This document shows, one piece after another, positions 51,201 to 62,442 of a DNA stretch of 63,770 nt. Each line of letters starts with the position of its first letter. Positions within the stretch are counted from its first letter, which is position 1. The translations under genes and the position numbers were made by a program. The DNA comes from Chiloscyllium plagiosum. Taxonomy: Eukaryota. The notes beneath the pieces were generated by a model. It did no database searches and was not told where the DNA came from. It worked only from the letters and a program-made list of their open reading frames with translations. The stretch lies in the NCBI RefSeq assembly GCF_004010195.1, contig NC_057717.1, positions 103,320,522 through 103,384,291 of the forward strand, given 5' to 3'.

Positions 51201-51503
51201 GGCAAATATTTGCTGAGCCAATCAGCTTGGTTAACCTGTCCTCGGCTTTCTTTGACGTGGTGTCTCCATGCATCTCATTCGGTGACAACTGTCACCTCCT
51301 GCAGGCTTTCAAACAGAGAGGTTGAGCCTTCCCACCCTGTCTCCTGTCTCCTACAGAATGCAGCAAGTTGCCAGAGTTTCTTCTCCAGCCAAGTCGAGAC
51401 GCGTTTGAGAGCTCATGCAGGAGTCCATCCGAGATGTTAAAGCCGTCAAAGGCCAGCGTGGAGAAATGTTGTTGAGGGACCAGATCAGGCATATCCTGGT
51501 TGA

Positions 51504-51694
51504 CAAGCAGGAGGCTGGAAGAACACAGCAAGTCAGGCAGCGTCAGGAGGTGGAGAAGCTAACCCTTCTTCAGGACTGTAGCATTACACTCGAAACGTTG
51601 ACTTCTTCACCTCCTGATGCTGCCTGGCTTGGTGTGTTCTTCCAGCCTCCTGCTTGTCTACCTTGGATTCCAGCATCTGCAGGTTTTTTTGTCT
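51504..51694. mobile_element. PLE-type family D fold-back unit
   Basis: Arms gacaagcaggaggctggaagaacac... / ...gtgttcttccagcctcctgcttgtc. Hammerhead halves are cttcttcaggact (reverse complement agtcCTGAAGAag) and cGAAAcgTTgact. TSD atatcctggttga / ataccctggttga at 51491-51503 and 51695-51707. Confidence 0.7.
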
Positions 51695-52789
51695 ATACCC
51701 TGGTTGAAGCAGTGTCAATGGGCCGAATGGCCTTTACCCATTTCAAAGGCATTTGGCCAGGTACATGAGTAGGAAAGGTTTAGAGGGATATGGGGCAAAC
51801 ACTGGTAAGTGGAACTAGTTTAGTTTGGGAGACTTGGTTGGCACAGTCAAGTTGGTGTGAAGTTTCCATTATGTATGACTCCATGCTAAAAGGCATTGGT
51901 GAAACAATGCTGTATGTTAACTGATAGCACTCTGGAATCGCACACATTAAACCACACTGACCACCCCTCTCCCCTCCAACTGGGTAACCATTGACACTCT
52001 GACTTACAGCTCAGCGCCAAAATCCGAGCGGATTAATTTACTTAACCCGAGGAGGTCAGTCTTGTCAATGAGGTTGGGGAGGGGACTATACAGATGCTCC
52101 AACTGTTGGTTAATTCTGTGGGGTTTCTCTGTTGCTTGGGCCGGTTTCTCTAACGAGTGCTTTCCACCAGACTACTGAAGAAGGTCTATTCTCCACTCCC
52201 CTTTCTCTCCAAATACCCAAACCTCCCACACAGATATCTGTGTTTTTTGCTTTGTCCATCGGCTGTCTTATCATCTCCAGCCTTTTATCTGATCGTTGAT
52301 TCAATCCTTGATCCTATTCGCGATATGAAACATAACAAGGCATGTGGGAACATGGTGTTGAGATGGAATAGAATAGGTAGAGCCCTAATTTGGCATGTTG
52401 TGGTGCAGACCCGATGGGCTGAAAGGCGTAATTCTGTGAGGAATTGGAACCTCATTGTTACTGTTGGCTTTTGCTTGACCTTGTGGTTGAGCCAATAAGA
52501 GATGGGGCTAACTTTTGTTCCATCCACAACTCCAACTCGGTGCATTTGTTACTGACCATCATCTTCCACTATCAGTCCCAGGAGCACGTAGACACGTTAA
52601 GGTGGGTGCATCCTGCAGATGGTAAGCTCACCTCTCTACCTGCCCAGTCAGTCTCTCTCCTCCTCCTCTCTCTGCCTATTCCCTTCTCATTTCTGTCTCA
52701 CCATTTTCTCTCTGCTCCACCCCTCCACGTCTCCCCGTCTCTCTCTTTGAATGCGAAGTGCAGACTTTGCAAAACACTTACTTTCTGAC

Positions 52790-53372
52790 TGCAAATATGA
52801 CCCTGAGCTTCCAGTTGCCTACCACTTCAACACCCTACCCTGTTCCCTGGCCAACATCTCTGTCTCAGGCTTGCTGCAGTGCTCAAGTGCAGCTTAGCAC
52901 AAGCTGGAAGAACAGCATCTCATTTTCAACTTGGAGACCCTGTGGCCTTCACGAGTTAAAATCGAGTTCAATAATTTGAGGGCATGAGCAACTTCTCCAA
53001 TGTCCTTAACCCAACCCCCCACACACCAGACCCCTGTCATGACAACCATCCCATTGTCAGCCACTAATGGTGTCCATTAGCTATTCATTTTCCCAGGCTG
53101 ACCTTTACCCAGGTCCTCTGTCTGCCCAGTTGTTGTTCTCTGTTTGGGTTCCATATCCGCCTGTCGTTTACTCCACCCTCCATCCCACACCCCGACTTCA
53201 ACATATGCACCAACCTTTCCCTAGCTGCAATCAGTTCCGGAAAAGGGTCACTGGACCAGAAATGTTAACTTTGCTTTTGCTTTCCACAGATGCTGCGAGA
53301 CCTGCTGAGCTTTCCCAGCAATTTCTGTTTTTGTTACTGATTCCCAGCATCTGCAGTTCTTTCGGGTTTTTT
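52790..53372 (+). mobile_element. PLE family C 3' fragment (GIY-YIG C-terminus, UTR, terminal repeat)
   Basis: Translates DPELPVAYHFNTLPCSLANISVSGLLQCSSAA*HKLEEQHLIFNLETL; degenerate hammerhead agttCCGGAAAagggtcactggaccaGAAAtgTTaact at about 53233-53270; homologous to 8586-9240. Confidence 0.8.
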
Positions 53373-53384
53373 TTCTCTTTCTTA

Positions 53385-53770
53385 TCCCCTCCTTGTCAAT
53401 TCCTCTCTCTCTCTCTCTCTCTCCCTCTCTGTCTCTACTCACTCCTTTCTCTCTGTCTCTCGCTCTCACTCTCCCCATCTCTCTTTTCCCCTCTGTCCAC
53501 TGCTCTCTTTCTTCTCCATCCCCCTTTGTCTTCTCTCTCTTTCTTAGCCCACCTAGTGCCTCTGTCTTTCCACACCCTCTCTGTCTCTCCTGCTCTTTCT
53601 TTTTTGTCCCTCTTCTCCCTCCCTTCCCAGCATCTCTTTCTGTCACCTTCTCTCTCTCTCTGCCCCCTGCCCAACCTTTTCCCTGCTCTCTCTCTCTCTC
53701 TCTCTTCACCATCTTTCTCTCTCCCCCTTCCACTATCTCTGCTTCGATCTCTGTTCCATCATCTCTCTCC
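53385..53770. repeat. CT-rich low-complexity / (CT)n tract
   Basis: About 385 bp almost purely pyrimidine on the + strand. Confidence 0.9.
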
Positions 53771-53889
53771 GGAAACAAAGTTGGGGACATTGTGATATTA
53801 ATGTAGAAAGCTTGCCAAAGTTTGTCTGCAACTTTGAATCTCATCGGCACCATCTCCGTTTTCCTTAAAAACAGCAGACCGAAGTCTCG

Positions 53890-54102
53890 AAACAAAAACA
53901 GAAAATGCTGGAGAAACTCATCAGGTCTCGCAGCATCTATGGGAAGAAAGCAGAGTTAACATTTCAAGTCCAGTGTCCCTGCTCCAGAACAAGACATAAA
54001 ACATTGATTCTTTCTCTCTCTCTACAGATGCTACCAGACCTGCTGAGTTTTGCCTGCATTCTGTTTGCTTCAGATTCCCAGCATCTGCTGTTCTTTGTTT
54101 TA
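53890..54102. mobile_element. PLE family C fold-back unit, degenerate
   Basis: aaaaacagaaaatgctggagaaactc...gttaacatttc followed by the inverted ...acattgattct...cagatgctaccagacctgctgagtt. Confidence 0.65.
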
Positions 54103-54148
54103 TAGATGAAATATCGCGCCCATCATGAGCTAAGTGAGTCTTTTTGGT

Positions 54149-54832
54149 TGCGACGATGGCTTTGTACTGGATTTTTTTTCAGAGAGGTTGTAAGGCAGAG
54201 GTGCTGAGCAGTCTGGGAGAAGGTAAACATTTCTGGAGGCTTGGCTTTTCTTAAATGCAGCCTGAATGGGTGTGGCCAGCTCTCGCAGATCAGGATTTCT
54301 GGCTTTTGTTTGTTTTTCAGTAACACCCAAAGCTATTGGGGTCTCAACAGAGTTGGGAGCTTCAGTGAATGTCTCCTGGCTACTAGTCTCTCTGAATTCT
54401 CGCTTGATGTATTTTTTTCCTCCTAAGTTGGAGAACTGCATGTCAGAATTTGCCTTTTCACCAAAGCGTGTGTTTATGGATAAGACTATAAGACATTGGA
54501 GCAGAAATTAGGCCATTCAACCCATTGAGTCTGCTCCGTCATTCAACCATGGCTGACAATCATGGATGTTACTAAATTGGAACAGTTAATTAGGAATAGT
54601 TACTGCATCTGTTATTCTGTTAAATTTTCCAATAGAGTTAAGTTATTCTTTAATCCCTCTTTCTTTGGTTGTATTTTAACTATAATATCTAAATAAAATG
54701 TGTTTTGTTTATCAGCGAGTAATTTGAGCAGTTGCATTGCATCAGGAACAAACACTTCCTGTCTGCCTTTTCAAATAAGAAAAAGTTAAGGTCTAGTTAC
54801 CTTCTTAAAATATCTTGAGGGGGTCCATAACA
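54149..54832 (+). mobile_element. Putative solo LTR (Gypsy-like termini) with a small CR1-tail insertion
   Basis: Ends in ...ccataaCA, may start at TGcgacga, and has AATAAA near 54691. No TSD was found, so the call is tentative. Confidence 0.35.
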
Positions 54833-54879
54833 AAATTATGGGTGTCTTGAGCATCAGACTCTTTGTATTTTTACAAATT

Positions 54880-55130
54880 GAGGAGTGATAGATTTAGGAC
54901 AAATATTAGAGGTAGTTTCTTTACTCAGAGAGTAGTAGAACATGGAACAGCCTGCCTGCAATAATAGTAAACTCGCCAACGTTAAGGGCATTTAAACGGG
55001 AATTCGACATACAAATGGATAATAATGGAACAATGTAGGTTAGATGGGCATCAGATTAATTTCGCAGGTCAGCGCAACATCGAGGGGCGAAGGGCCTGTA
55101 CTGCACTGTAACGTTCCACGTTCTATGTAC
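54880..55130 (+). mobile_element. CR1 LINE 3' end
   Basis: gatagatttaggacaaatattagaggtagtttctttactcagagagtagt; homologous to the reverse complement of 48540-48790. Confidence 0.75.
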
Positions 55131-55489
55131 TAAATGTCTGAAAATGGTCCTGTCAAAATTTCTAACTCCAAGATTACAGCCATGTGGGCAAGCTGTTCCT
55201 TTGTTTGTGCCAACATCCTAAACTTTAAAAATCCTTTTCTGAAGGCCCCAAACCTCACGCTTCCTTTTAGAAACTCATTGAAACTATTTCTCCTCCCAAG
55301 CCTGTGACCAATTGCTCCAAGTTTCCCTCTGTAGCTCTCTGTCCAATATTATTTGTTACTTACCTTCCATCAAGCGCCTTTGGGGAGGTGTTAGTGTGCT
55401 AAAGTTTGTACAGAAATGTACGTTGTTGTTCTAACATGTATGTGGGAGGGACTGGATCTGTCTGATCAATGCAACACTTCATGTTCCAG

Positions 55490-55645
55490 GTTCAGAACAT
55501 CTCACAGTCTATAGAGGTCCTGGATCTGCGCACTTACCGTGATCTCCAGTATGTACAGAACACAGAATCATTGATGAAGGTTCTCAACGCCAGGTTGAAA
55601 GTCGCATCAGAGAGCCAAACCAACCTGTTGAACAGAAATTTCCAG
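55490..55645 (+). CDS. OLFM2: Olfactomedin-2 (noelin-2)-like internal coding exon, N-terminal coiled-coil region
   Basis: Acceptor ...atgttccAG ends at 55489 and donor GTatag starts at 55646. The exon is 156 bp, phase 0/0, and translates VQNISQSIEVLDLRTYRDLQYVQNTESLMKVLNARLKVASESQTNLLNRNFQ. This matches the noelin VQNxSQSxEVL..RT.RD.QYV exon; RTYRDLQYV is the OLFM2-type variant (recalled OLFM1/3 have RTQRD). Confidence 0.9.
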
Positions 55646-55755
55646 GTATAGTGCAGCCCCCCCAAGGGGGAAATCTCTTTTCATCACCACTTTCCCTCCC
55701 GACCATTGCACAAATGAATCTCCAGTTGGATAGGACTGTCTGACCAAGTAGCCAT

Positions 55756-56255
55756 NNNNNNNNNNNNNNNNNNNNNNNNNNNNNNNNNNNNNNNNNNNNN
55801 NNNNNNNNNNNNNNNNNNNNNNNNNNNNNNNNNNNNNNNNNNNNNNNNNNNNNNNNNNNNNNNNNNNNNNNNNNNNNNNNNNNNNNNNNNNNNNNNNNNN
55901 NNNNNNNNNNNNNNNNNNNNNNNNNNNNNNNNNNNNNNNNNNNNNNNNNNNNNNNNNNNNNNNNNNNNNNNNNNNNNNNNNNNNNNNNNNNNNNNNNNNN
56001 NNNNNNNNNNNNNNNNNNNNNNNNNNNNNNNNNNNNNNNNNNNNNNNNNNNNNNNNNNNNNNNNNNNNNNNNNNNNNNNNNNNNNNNNNNNNNNNNNNNN
56101 NNNNNNNNNNNNNNNNNNNNNNNNNNNNNNNNNNNNNNNNNNNNNNNNNNNNNNNNNNNNNNNNNNNNNNNNNNNNNNNNNNNNNNNNNNNNNNNNNNNN
56201 NNNNNNNNNNNNNNNNNNNNNNNNNNNNNNNNNNNNNNNNNNNNNNNNNNNNNNN
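55756..56255. other. Assembly gap (500 N)
   Basis: Run of N; the round length suggests a placeholder gap of unknown true size. Confidence 0.95.
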
Positions 56256-57064
56256 AAAGCCCAGGACCCTGAAAGGTGTTGAACTTCACTCCCTACCTTG
56301 TAGGTCGGCAATCCTTCCTCACAGCAAATTCAAAAACCAGCTTCTTAACCCACCTCAGATCACACAATATTCTTCTTTCCTCTTCCTTTCTTTCAAGGGC
56401 CGTGGGCATCAATCCAGCATTGGTCGCCCATCCCTAATTGCCCTGGAGCTGAGCGATTGGGAGACTTTAACTGATGGCCTGTCTGGAGGAAAGTCTTAAT
56501 TGGACCTTTAACCAAATCAAATATTTACAATTCAGAGCAAAGGGAATTCATTTTGTTTATAACGAGGAGTGCTGTTTAAAATGAGGGATAACCTGGATAT
56601 AGAAAATGAGTATATACAGAGACCTCACAGAGTGCCTTTCAGAGCAGGTACTTGCTTGTGATTAATTGAATTGAATTGATGAACACACATATGAGTTAAT
56701 AGATACATTTTCCCATTAATTCTGAGAATTAACTCCTTCATAAGTGGTAAATTATCAGGCAGTTCAGGGAAGTTTGTGGGAGAGAGTTCCACCTGTTTAT
56801 AACCCATTGTGAGATGGAATGTCTCCCGGTTTCTCTCCTTTTGATTCTGTCATACAGTCCCCATGAGCCCGTCTAGATCCTTTCAACACCTTAAATGCTC
56901 CAATTGAATAACCAACTTTTAACACATGGAATTGTGAAAAGTGCAAGAGGTAGAATGGAAAAATTATTTTTCAGCTCCAGTTAAATCTTCACTGCTAATT
57001 TATATAACTGATCTTCACATTTTAATTCTTGGAGATCTGTTGTACGTGTACCTTGCCTTTAAGA

Positions 57065-57197
57065 CAAACACCTGATGAAGGAGCAGAGCTCTGAAAGGTA
57101 GTGCTTCCAAATAAACCTGTTGGACCATAACCTGGTGTTTTGTGATTTTTTTTTAAACTGTGTACACCCCAGTCCAACACCGGCATCTCCAAATCAT
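57065..57197 (+). mobile_element. PLE family B solo terminal repeat with 9-bp TSD
   Basis: cacCTGATGAaggagcagagctctGAAAggTAgtg; TSD tgcctttaa at 57054-57062 and 57197-57205. Confidence 0.8.
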
Positions 57198-57334
57198 GCC
57201 TTTAACAGAGCTCACCTTTAAGAGCACCATGTGCTGTGTGTATACAGTATTGTGACTCTGTCTGTCTGTTGACCTGCTGTGGGTTTGCAAGCTGCACATA
57301 TACAAATGAAAATTGAAAGAACTGCTGTAAGTCA

Positions 57335-57510
57335 GAAACAAAAATAGAGAGTGTTGGAAAAGCCCAACAAGTCGGGCAACATCTGTGGAGAGAAAGCAGA
57401 GTTAACATTTCGGTTCAAGTTCTGAGGAAGGGTCACTTGACCCGAAACATTAACTCTGATTTCTCTCTCCATGGGCCTGCTGAGCTTTTCCAACAATTTC
57501 TTTTTGTTTC
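57335..57510. mobile_element. PLE family C fold-back unit
   Basis: Termini gaaacaaaaa / tttttgtttc with inverted arms around a hammerhead. Confidence 0.75.
57418..57455 (+). ncRNA. Minimal type-I hammerhead ribozyme motif, family C
   Basis: agtt-CTGAGGA-a-gggtc-actt-gaccc-GAAA-ca-TT-aact: perfect stem I (agtt/aact) and stem II; stem III CG has decayed to CA. Confidence 0.65.
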
Positions 57511-58159
57511 CCAGAGAAATGAGTTGGTTTGCGGAAATGTCTGCTTCACAATTTATTATGTGTTTTACTGTTTTAAATAAACTAACCCACAGGGTTAAAC
57601 AATTTCCGACATGATTGATCATTAGACAGCGGCTGATGTTTCTGGCGAGACTACCCCATGCTCTTTCTAAAGTCTGTTGCCCAGAACAATGCAGAGTGAC
57701 TCCAGGCATATTTAATCAGAGATTTACATAGCTGTTGCAAAACCACTTCCCCCATTTAATCTAGCTTTCTGGGTATGAAGGCTAATTTTCCATTAACCAT
57801 TGCAATTCATTTCTGCTCCTGACAGCTACCTTTGAGTGAAATGTGCAAATGCACTTTATCAATACTTTCCAACACCTCCCTATTCATAGCTTGTCACCAC
57901 TTCGTTTTTCTCAGACTTAAGTCTATCAAAGTTAGACAGCCCCACACTTACCTATGATGAGGTCTATCTGCCACAGTCGTGTGATCTTGAAATATCTTTT
58001 TATCATTGATGCGTCCATTCATATCCCTTACATCACCAATCATTGTGTAATTGATGAGCTTGGCTCTGCGGATTTCTATTGTGTTATCACTATCATTAAT
58101 AAATGTCATCAATAATTATATGTCTGTGTCCCAGCATAGATCCTTATGAGACTCAGAAA

Positions 58160-58460
58160 ATCACAGAGACATACAACATGGATACAGACCCTTTGATCCA
58201 ACCAGTTTGTGCCGAACATAATCCCAAACTAAACTAGTCCCATCTGCCTGCTCCTGGCCCACATCCCTCCAATCTTTTCCTATTCATGTCCTTATCCAAA
58301 TATCTTTTAAATGTTGTAACTGTACCCTCATCCACCACTTCCTCAGCAAGTTAATTCCACACAGGGACCACCCTCTGTGTAAAATATTTGCCACCATATC
58401 TTTTTCAAGTTTTTCTCCTGTCATCTTAAAAATGTGCCCTCTAGTCTTGAAATCCCACAT
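58160..58460 (-). mobile_element. CR1 LINE 3' end
   Basis: Homologous to 40560-40860. Confidence 0.75.
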
Positions 58461-60266
58461 ACCCCTCTCATCAGCTGCTTCCAGGTCAAATACTCACTCA
58501 CTACTAATCTCCTAACCAAGATCGTTGTCAATTCTCCCCCTTCCAATTCTATTTTACTTAAGCCCTCTCCCCCTCTCCCTACCTCTCCCTCACCTAAATC
58601 AATCTGATTATTCTTATCAGGCTTTATACATAAATTATTCAATTGGAAAATGCGGATGATTCATTGGTGTTAGTTAATAAATGTTAAAAACAAAATGGGT
58701 AATCTGTTGATGGGGAAAAAGAACATTCAGTTTTGTGTAAGAGCATTTCTAGATATAGACAAAACTGAAGAAAACAAATATCATTTGTCTTCAATTCCTA
58801 GGGATATAGATTTAGCAAGTGATCCCTAAAATGGAATGCTATTGGAGGTGAACATCATCAGCTACAAATGCCCCTCTAAATGATACATCACCCTGACTTG
58901 GAAATACATCACTGTTCCTTCATCACCGCTGGGTCACAATTCTATCACTGCCTTGCACACAACATTATGGGAATGCAATTTTTAAAATTTATTTATTCAT
59001 TAGGGTGTCGCTGACTAGACCAGCATTTATTGCCCATCCCTAATTGTCCAGAGGGCAGTTAAGAGTCAACCGCAAAGCTATAGGTCTGGAGTCACACGTA
59101 GGCCATACCAGATCAGGATGGCAGTGTCCTTCCCTAAAGGATATTTATGAACCAGATGGGTTTTCCAACAATTGACAGTGGACTCTTAACTCAAGATTTT
59201 TTCTTGAAAAAAATGAATTCAAACTCTACCATGATGGGATTTGAATCCAGGTCCCCAGAACATTAACGTGGTCTCTGGGTGAAGAGTGCAGCTATAACAC
59301 CACTAGCCCATCACGTTTCCTTTGATGCACCCAGCATCACCCAGGGATGGACAACAAACGTTACTTTGTCTTTGTATCTCAAGCATCTTTTTTATTTAAA
59401 ATTGGTAATGGAATTGCTGACGTCTGGAACTAAAGGATTCAGATGGGAGATGGCAAGTGGAGAATTATAGGGCTTCCTCACGTTTGCAGCAAAATACGCA
59501 GTTTTTTAAAAAAAAAATCAGCTTTGTAGGTGCTCATAAATCATCTGTTGCTTTTCCCAGCCCCTGCACTGTGAGAAGCAGCTGTAGATTAATGTAAGAC
59601 TTTGAGGCACGTTGTTTATTAACACATTCTTCCCAGCTTCCTTGTCTTTTTCAGCTAATGCATTCTGTTTGTTAAAATGAAAAAAGCCATCTGATTAAAA
59701 TTTGTAAACAATATTTAGTGTCATTCAGGGGTCTAGGGGGATGTAGGTGTATTTTAAGACAAGGATTTTGAATTTCATAAGCAAAACAAGTGTCAAGGAG
59801 ATTGATGTTACATTCGCTGATTCATAAATTAGATGCCAAACCAAGCAAAACGTTTCAATTTAGCTATGGATAAACTGTCAGATTAAATTACTGGACACAA
59901 ATTACATCTACTTTCTTTAAAGATGCATGTGCAGGTATAATGATATCCTGTTCCCACATGGCTGTTTGCATTGTTACTGAGGAAAGGCATGGTTTCAGCT
60001 GAATTCCTTTCAGTATCTCTCTCTGCAAAGCGCCACCTGTAACAGGCAGTTAACAAGGCAGGATTTGAGGACACTTTTGTGTTCATTCATTGATGGGATC
60101 AACCCCATTCATAATTGTCTTTGCACTGACTAGCTTCCTCAGCTAGCTCCACATTCTAGCTGAGAGTCAATCACATCGCCGTGGGTCTGAAGTCATAGGG
60201 AGGTGACAGCCATAGTGGTAATATCGCAGGACTGTTAATCCAGAGACCCAGACGCTGTTCTGGGGA

Positions 60267-60392
60267 AGAGTGAGGACTGCAGATGCTGGAAACCAGAGTT
60301 TAGATTAGAGTGGTACTGGAAAAGCACAGCAGGCCAAGCAGCATCCGAGGAGCAGGGAAATCGACGTTTCGGGCAAAAGCCCTTCATCAGGA
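60267..60392 (-). mobile_element. PLE family A solo terminal repeat inserted in a SINE (60200-60670), 11-bp TSD
   Basis: TSD tgttctgggga at 60256-60266 and 60393-60403. Confidence 0.85.
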
Positions 60393-60393
60393 T
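60360..60393 (-). ncRNA. Minimal type-I hammerhead ribozyme motif, family A (intact)
   Basis: Reverse complement is atc-CTGATGA-a-gggc-tttt-gccc-GAAA-cg-TC-gat: stem I atc/gat, stem II, ACGT palindrome, GUC triplet. Confidence 0.75.
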
Positions 60394-61689
60394 GTTCTGG
60401 GGACCCAGGTTCAAATCCTGCTATGGCAGAAGGTGGAATTTGAATTCAGTCAAAATCAGAATTAGGGACCTAATGATGACCACAAATCCATTTCTGATTG
60501 TGGGGGAGGAAAACCCATCTGGTTCACTAATGTCCTTTAGGGAAGGAAACTGCCATCTTTACCCAGTCTGGCCTACACGTGACTTCAAATCCACAGCAAC
60601 ATGGTTGACTCTTAACCACCTTCTGGGATGAGCAATGAAGACTGGCTCAGCCAGCAACACCCTCATGAATTAAAAAAAGGTAATGATAACAAATTTCCCT
60701 TACTAAACAAATGTCACCATTTCTAATGTCAAGTCTTGAATTTAGGATTTATTAACTAAAGTTAAATTCCAGAAACTGCCATGGGCTGGATTTGAACCCA
60801 TAACCTCCAACCACTAGGCTAGTCCTGTAGTGTACTGGTTAACAGACAATACCAGTATCCCACCATGTCTGTGCTAGCCTGTCTACGAGATGCATTAGCT
60901 TATGTGGTCATTGGGGAGGAAGATTCTGGGCATCAGTTTCCTCAAGGCAAATGTTATGAGTCTTGGAGGCATCACTGAATTCCCTACATCATTCCCCCGC
61001 ACCCCCCCCCCCCCCGGCAACAACAATTTATAGTGCACGTTCTGTATATTAACATGACCTGGCAATCGAGGACCAGAACAATTATCAAATTAAATTCAAC
61101 CCTGGGCGACTTAAGGCCACATTCAGCTGACCAAAGGCTTAGCCAAGGCAGCAGGTCTTAGAAGATTCTGAGAGAAAGAAGGCAAGGGAGAGATGGAGAG
61201 ATGGGAGTCCAGAGCTTGGAGTCCAGGCACCTGAGGTACGGCCAATAATGATGAAGGGACTGTGACCAGGGGTATAGAGGTTGGTAGGTATCTCAGAGGA
61301 TTTTGGGTTGGAGGGGTTTCAGAGATAAGGACCTCATTGGTCCCTGGGGCTTGTACCCAGACTGCCATGCTGCCTACGAGGTTATCACTTAATGAGATCT
61401 AAGCCCCTTTGCTCAAGAGTAGTCCTCTGCAGTTTCCCCGAGCTGTGTGTCCTACAACCTCTCAAACCAGTTCTGCTCTTCAGTTACAGAGTGGGTGATC
61501 AGATATCATCACACTGTGGGTTCTATGCAACTTCGGCATCTGAATTGACCAGGAATTGCTGACCCCTCACTGACCCCCTCCAGCTCATCACCCAGGGCAA
61601 AGGGATAGGAAGGCAAGTGAGAGGGACCAGGATTGCAAATGAGGCAATGAGAGGGCAGTGAGTGGGGGTGGTGGAAGGGGAGAGAATAA

Positions 61690-61978
61690 GTGAGAGGAGG
61701 GAGCAAGGGAGGTAGTGAGTGAAATGAGGCAATGAGGAAGGTGAGGATAGTGAGTTAAATGGGGCAATGAGTGAAATGAGGGAGGGAGTGTGGTAGGTGA
61801 GGATAGTGAGTGAAATAAGGGAGTGAAATGAGGCTGGGCAATGAGTGAAATGAGAGAGTGAGGGAGGTGAGGATAGTGAGTGAAATAAGGCAGCAAGGGA
61901 GGCAGTGAGTGAAATGAGGGAGGGAGGTGAGGATAGTGAGTGAAGTGAGACAGCAAGGGAGGTAGGGATAGTGAGTGA
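61690..61978. repeat. Purine-rich degenerate minisatellite (gaggtgaggatagtgagtgaaat motifs)
   Basis: Recurring subunits; 61861 and 61921 both begin agggaggtgaggatagtgagtgaa (60-bp period). Confidence 0.8.
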
Positions 61979-62442
61979 CTTCCTTTTCCAGTGTGGTGAC
62001 CAGAGCTACGATGATTTATCCTCCATATCAGCTTCCTCACACCTTTATCATCTCACCAAATCACCATAACTCTGTATACTTGTCTCCATCAGGCATATAC
62101 CCATCTTACCCTCAAATATACTTGTGTCATCTGTCTGACAGGGCTACACAGGGGAAACATAGGAAGGTTATTCCCGATGACCGCGGAGTTCAGAACCAGG
62201 GTCACACTCTAAAGATACATGGTCGGCCATTTGGAACTGAGCGGAGGAGAAATGTCTTCACCGAGAGAGTAGGGGGGGGCGGGGTTCTGTAGAACTCTCT
62301 GCCACAGAAAGCAGTTGAAACCAAAGCATTGAATATTTGCAAGAAGGAGATAGATATAGTTCCTGGGGTGAAAGCGATCACAGGGAGAAAGTGGGACCAG
62401 GGGACTGAGTTGGATGGCCAGCCATGACCATATTAATGGTGG

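Noticed and set aside
52160..52200. Acceptor-like tttccaccag followed by TTEEG
   Set aside because: It does not continue as WQxYxSAQ and shows no further noelin similarity.
53067..53895. 242-aa and 215-aa ORFs
   Set aside because: Low-complexity CT/GA tract translations with no protein-family signal.
55469..55651. ORF-track starts and stops at 55469-55651 and 63273-63491 as standalone genes
   Set aside because: Similarity is bounded by canonical AG/GT splice sites, so these are internal exons and the extra residues are intronic read-through.
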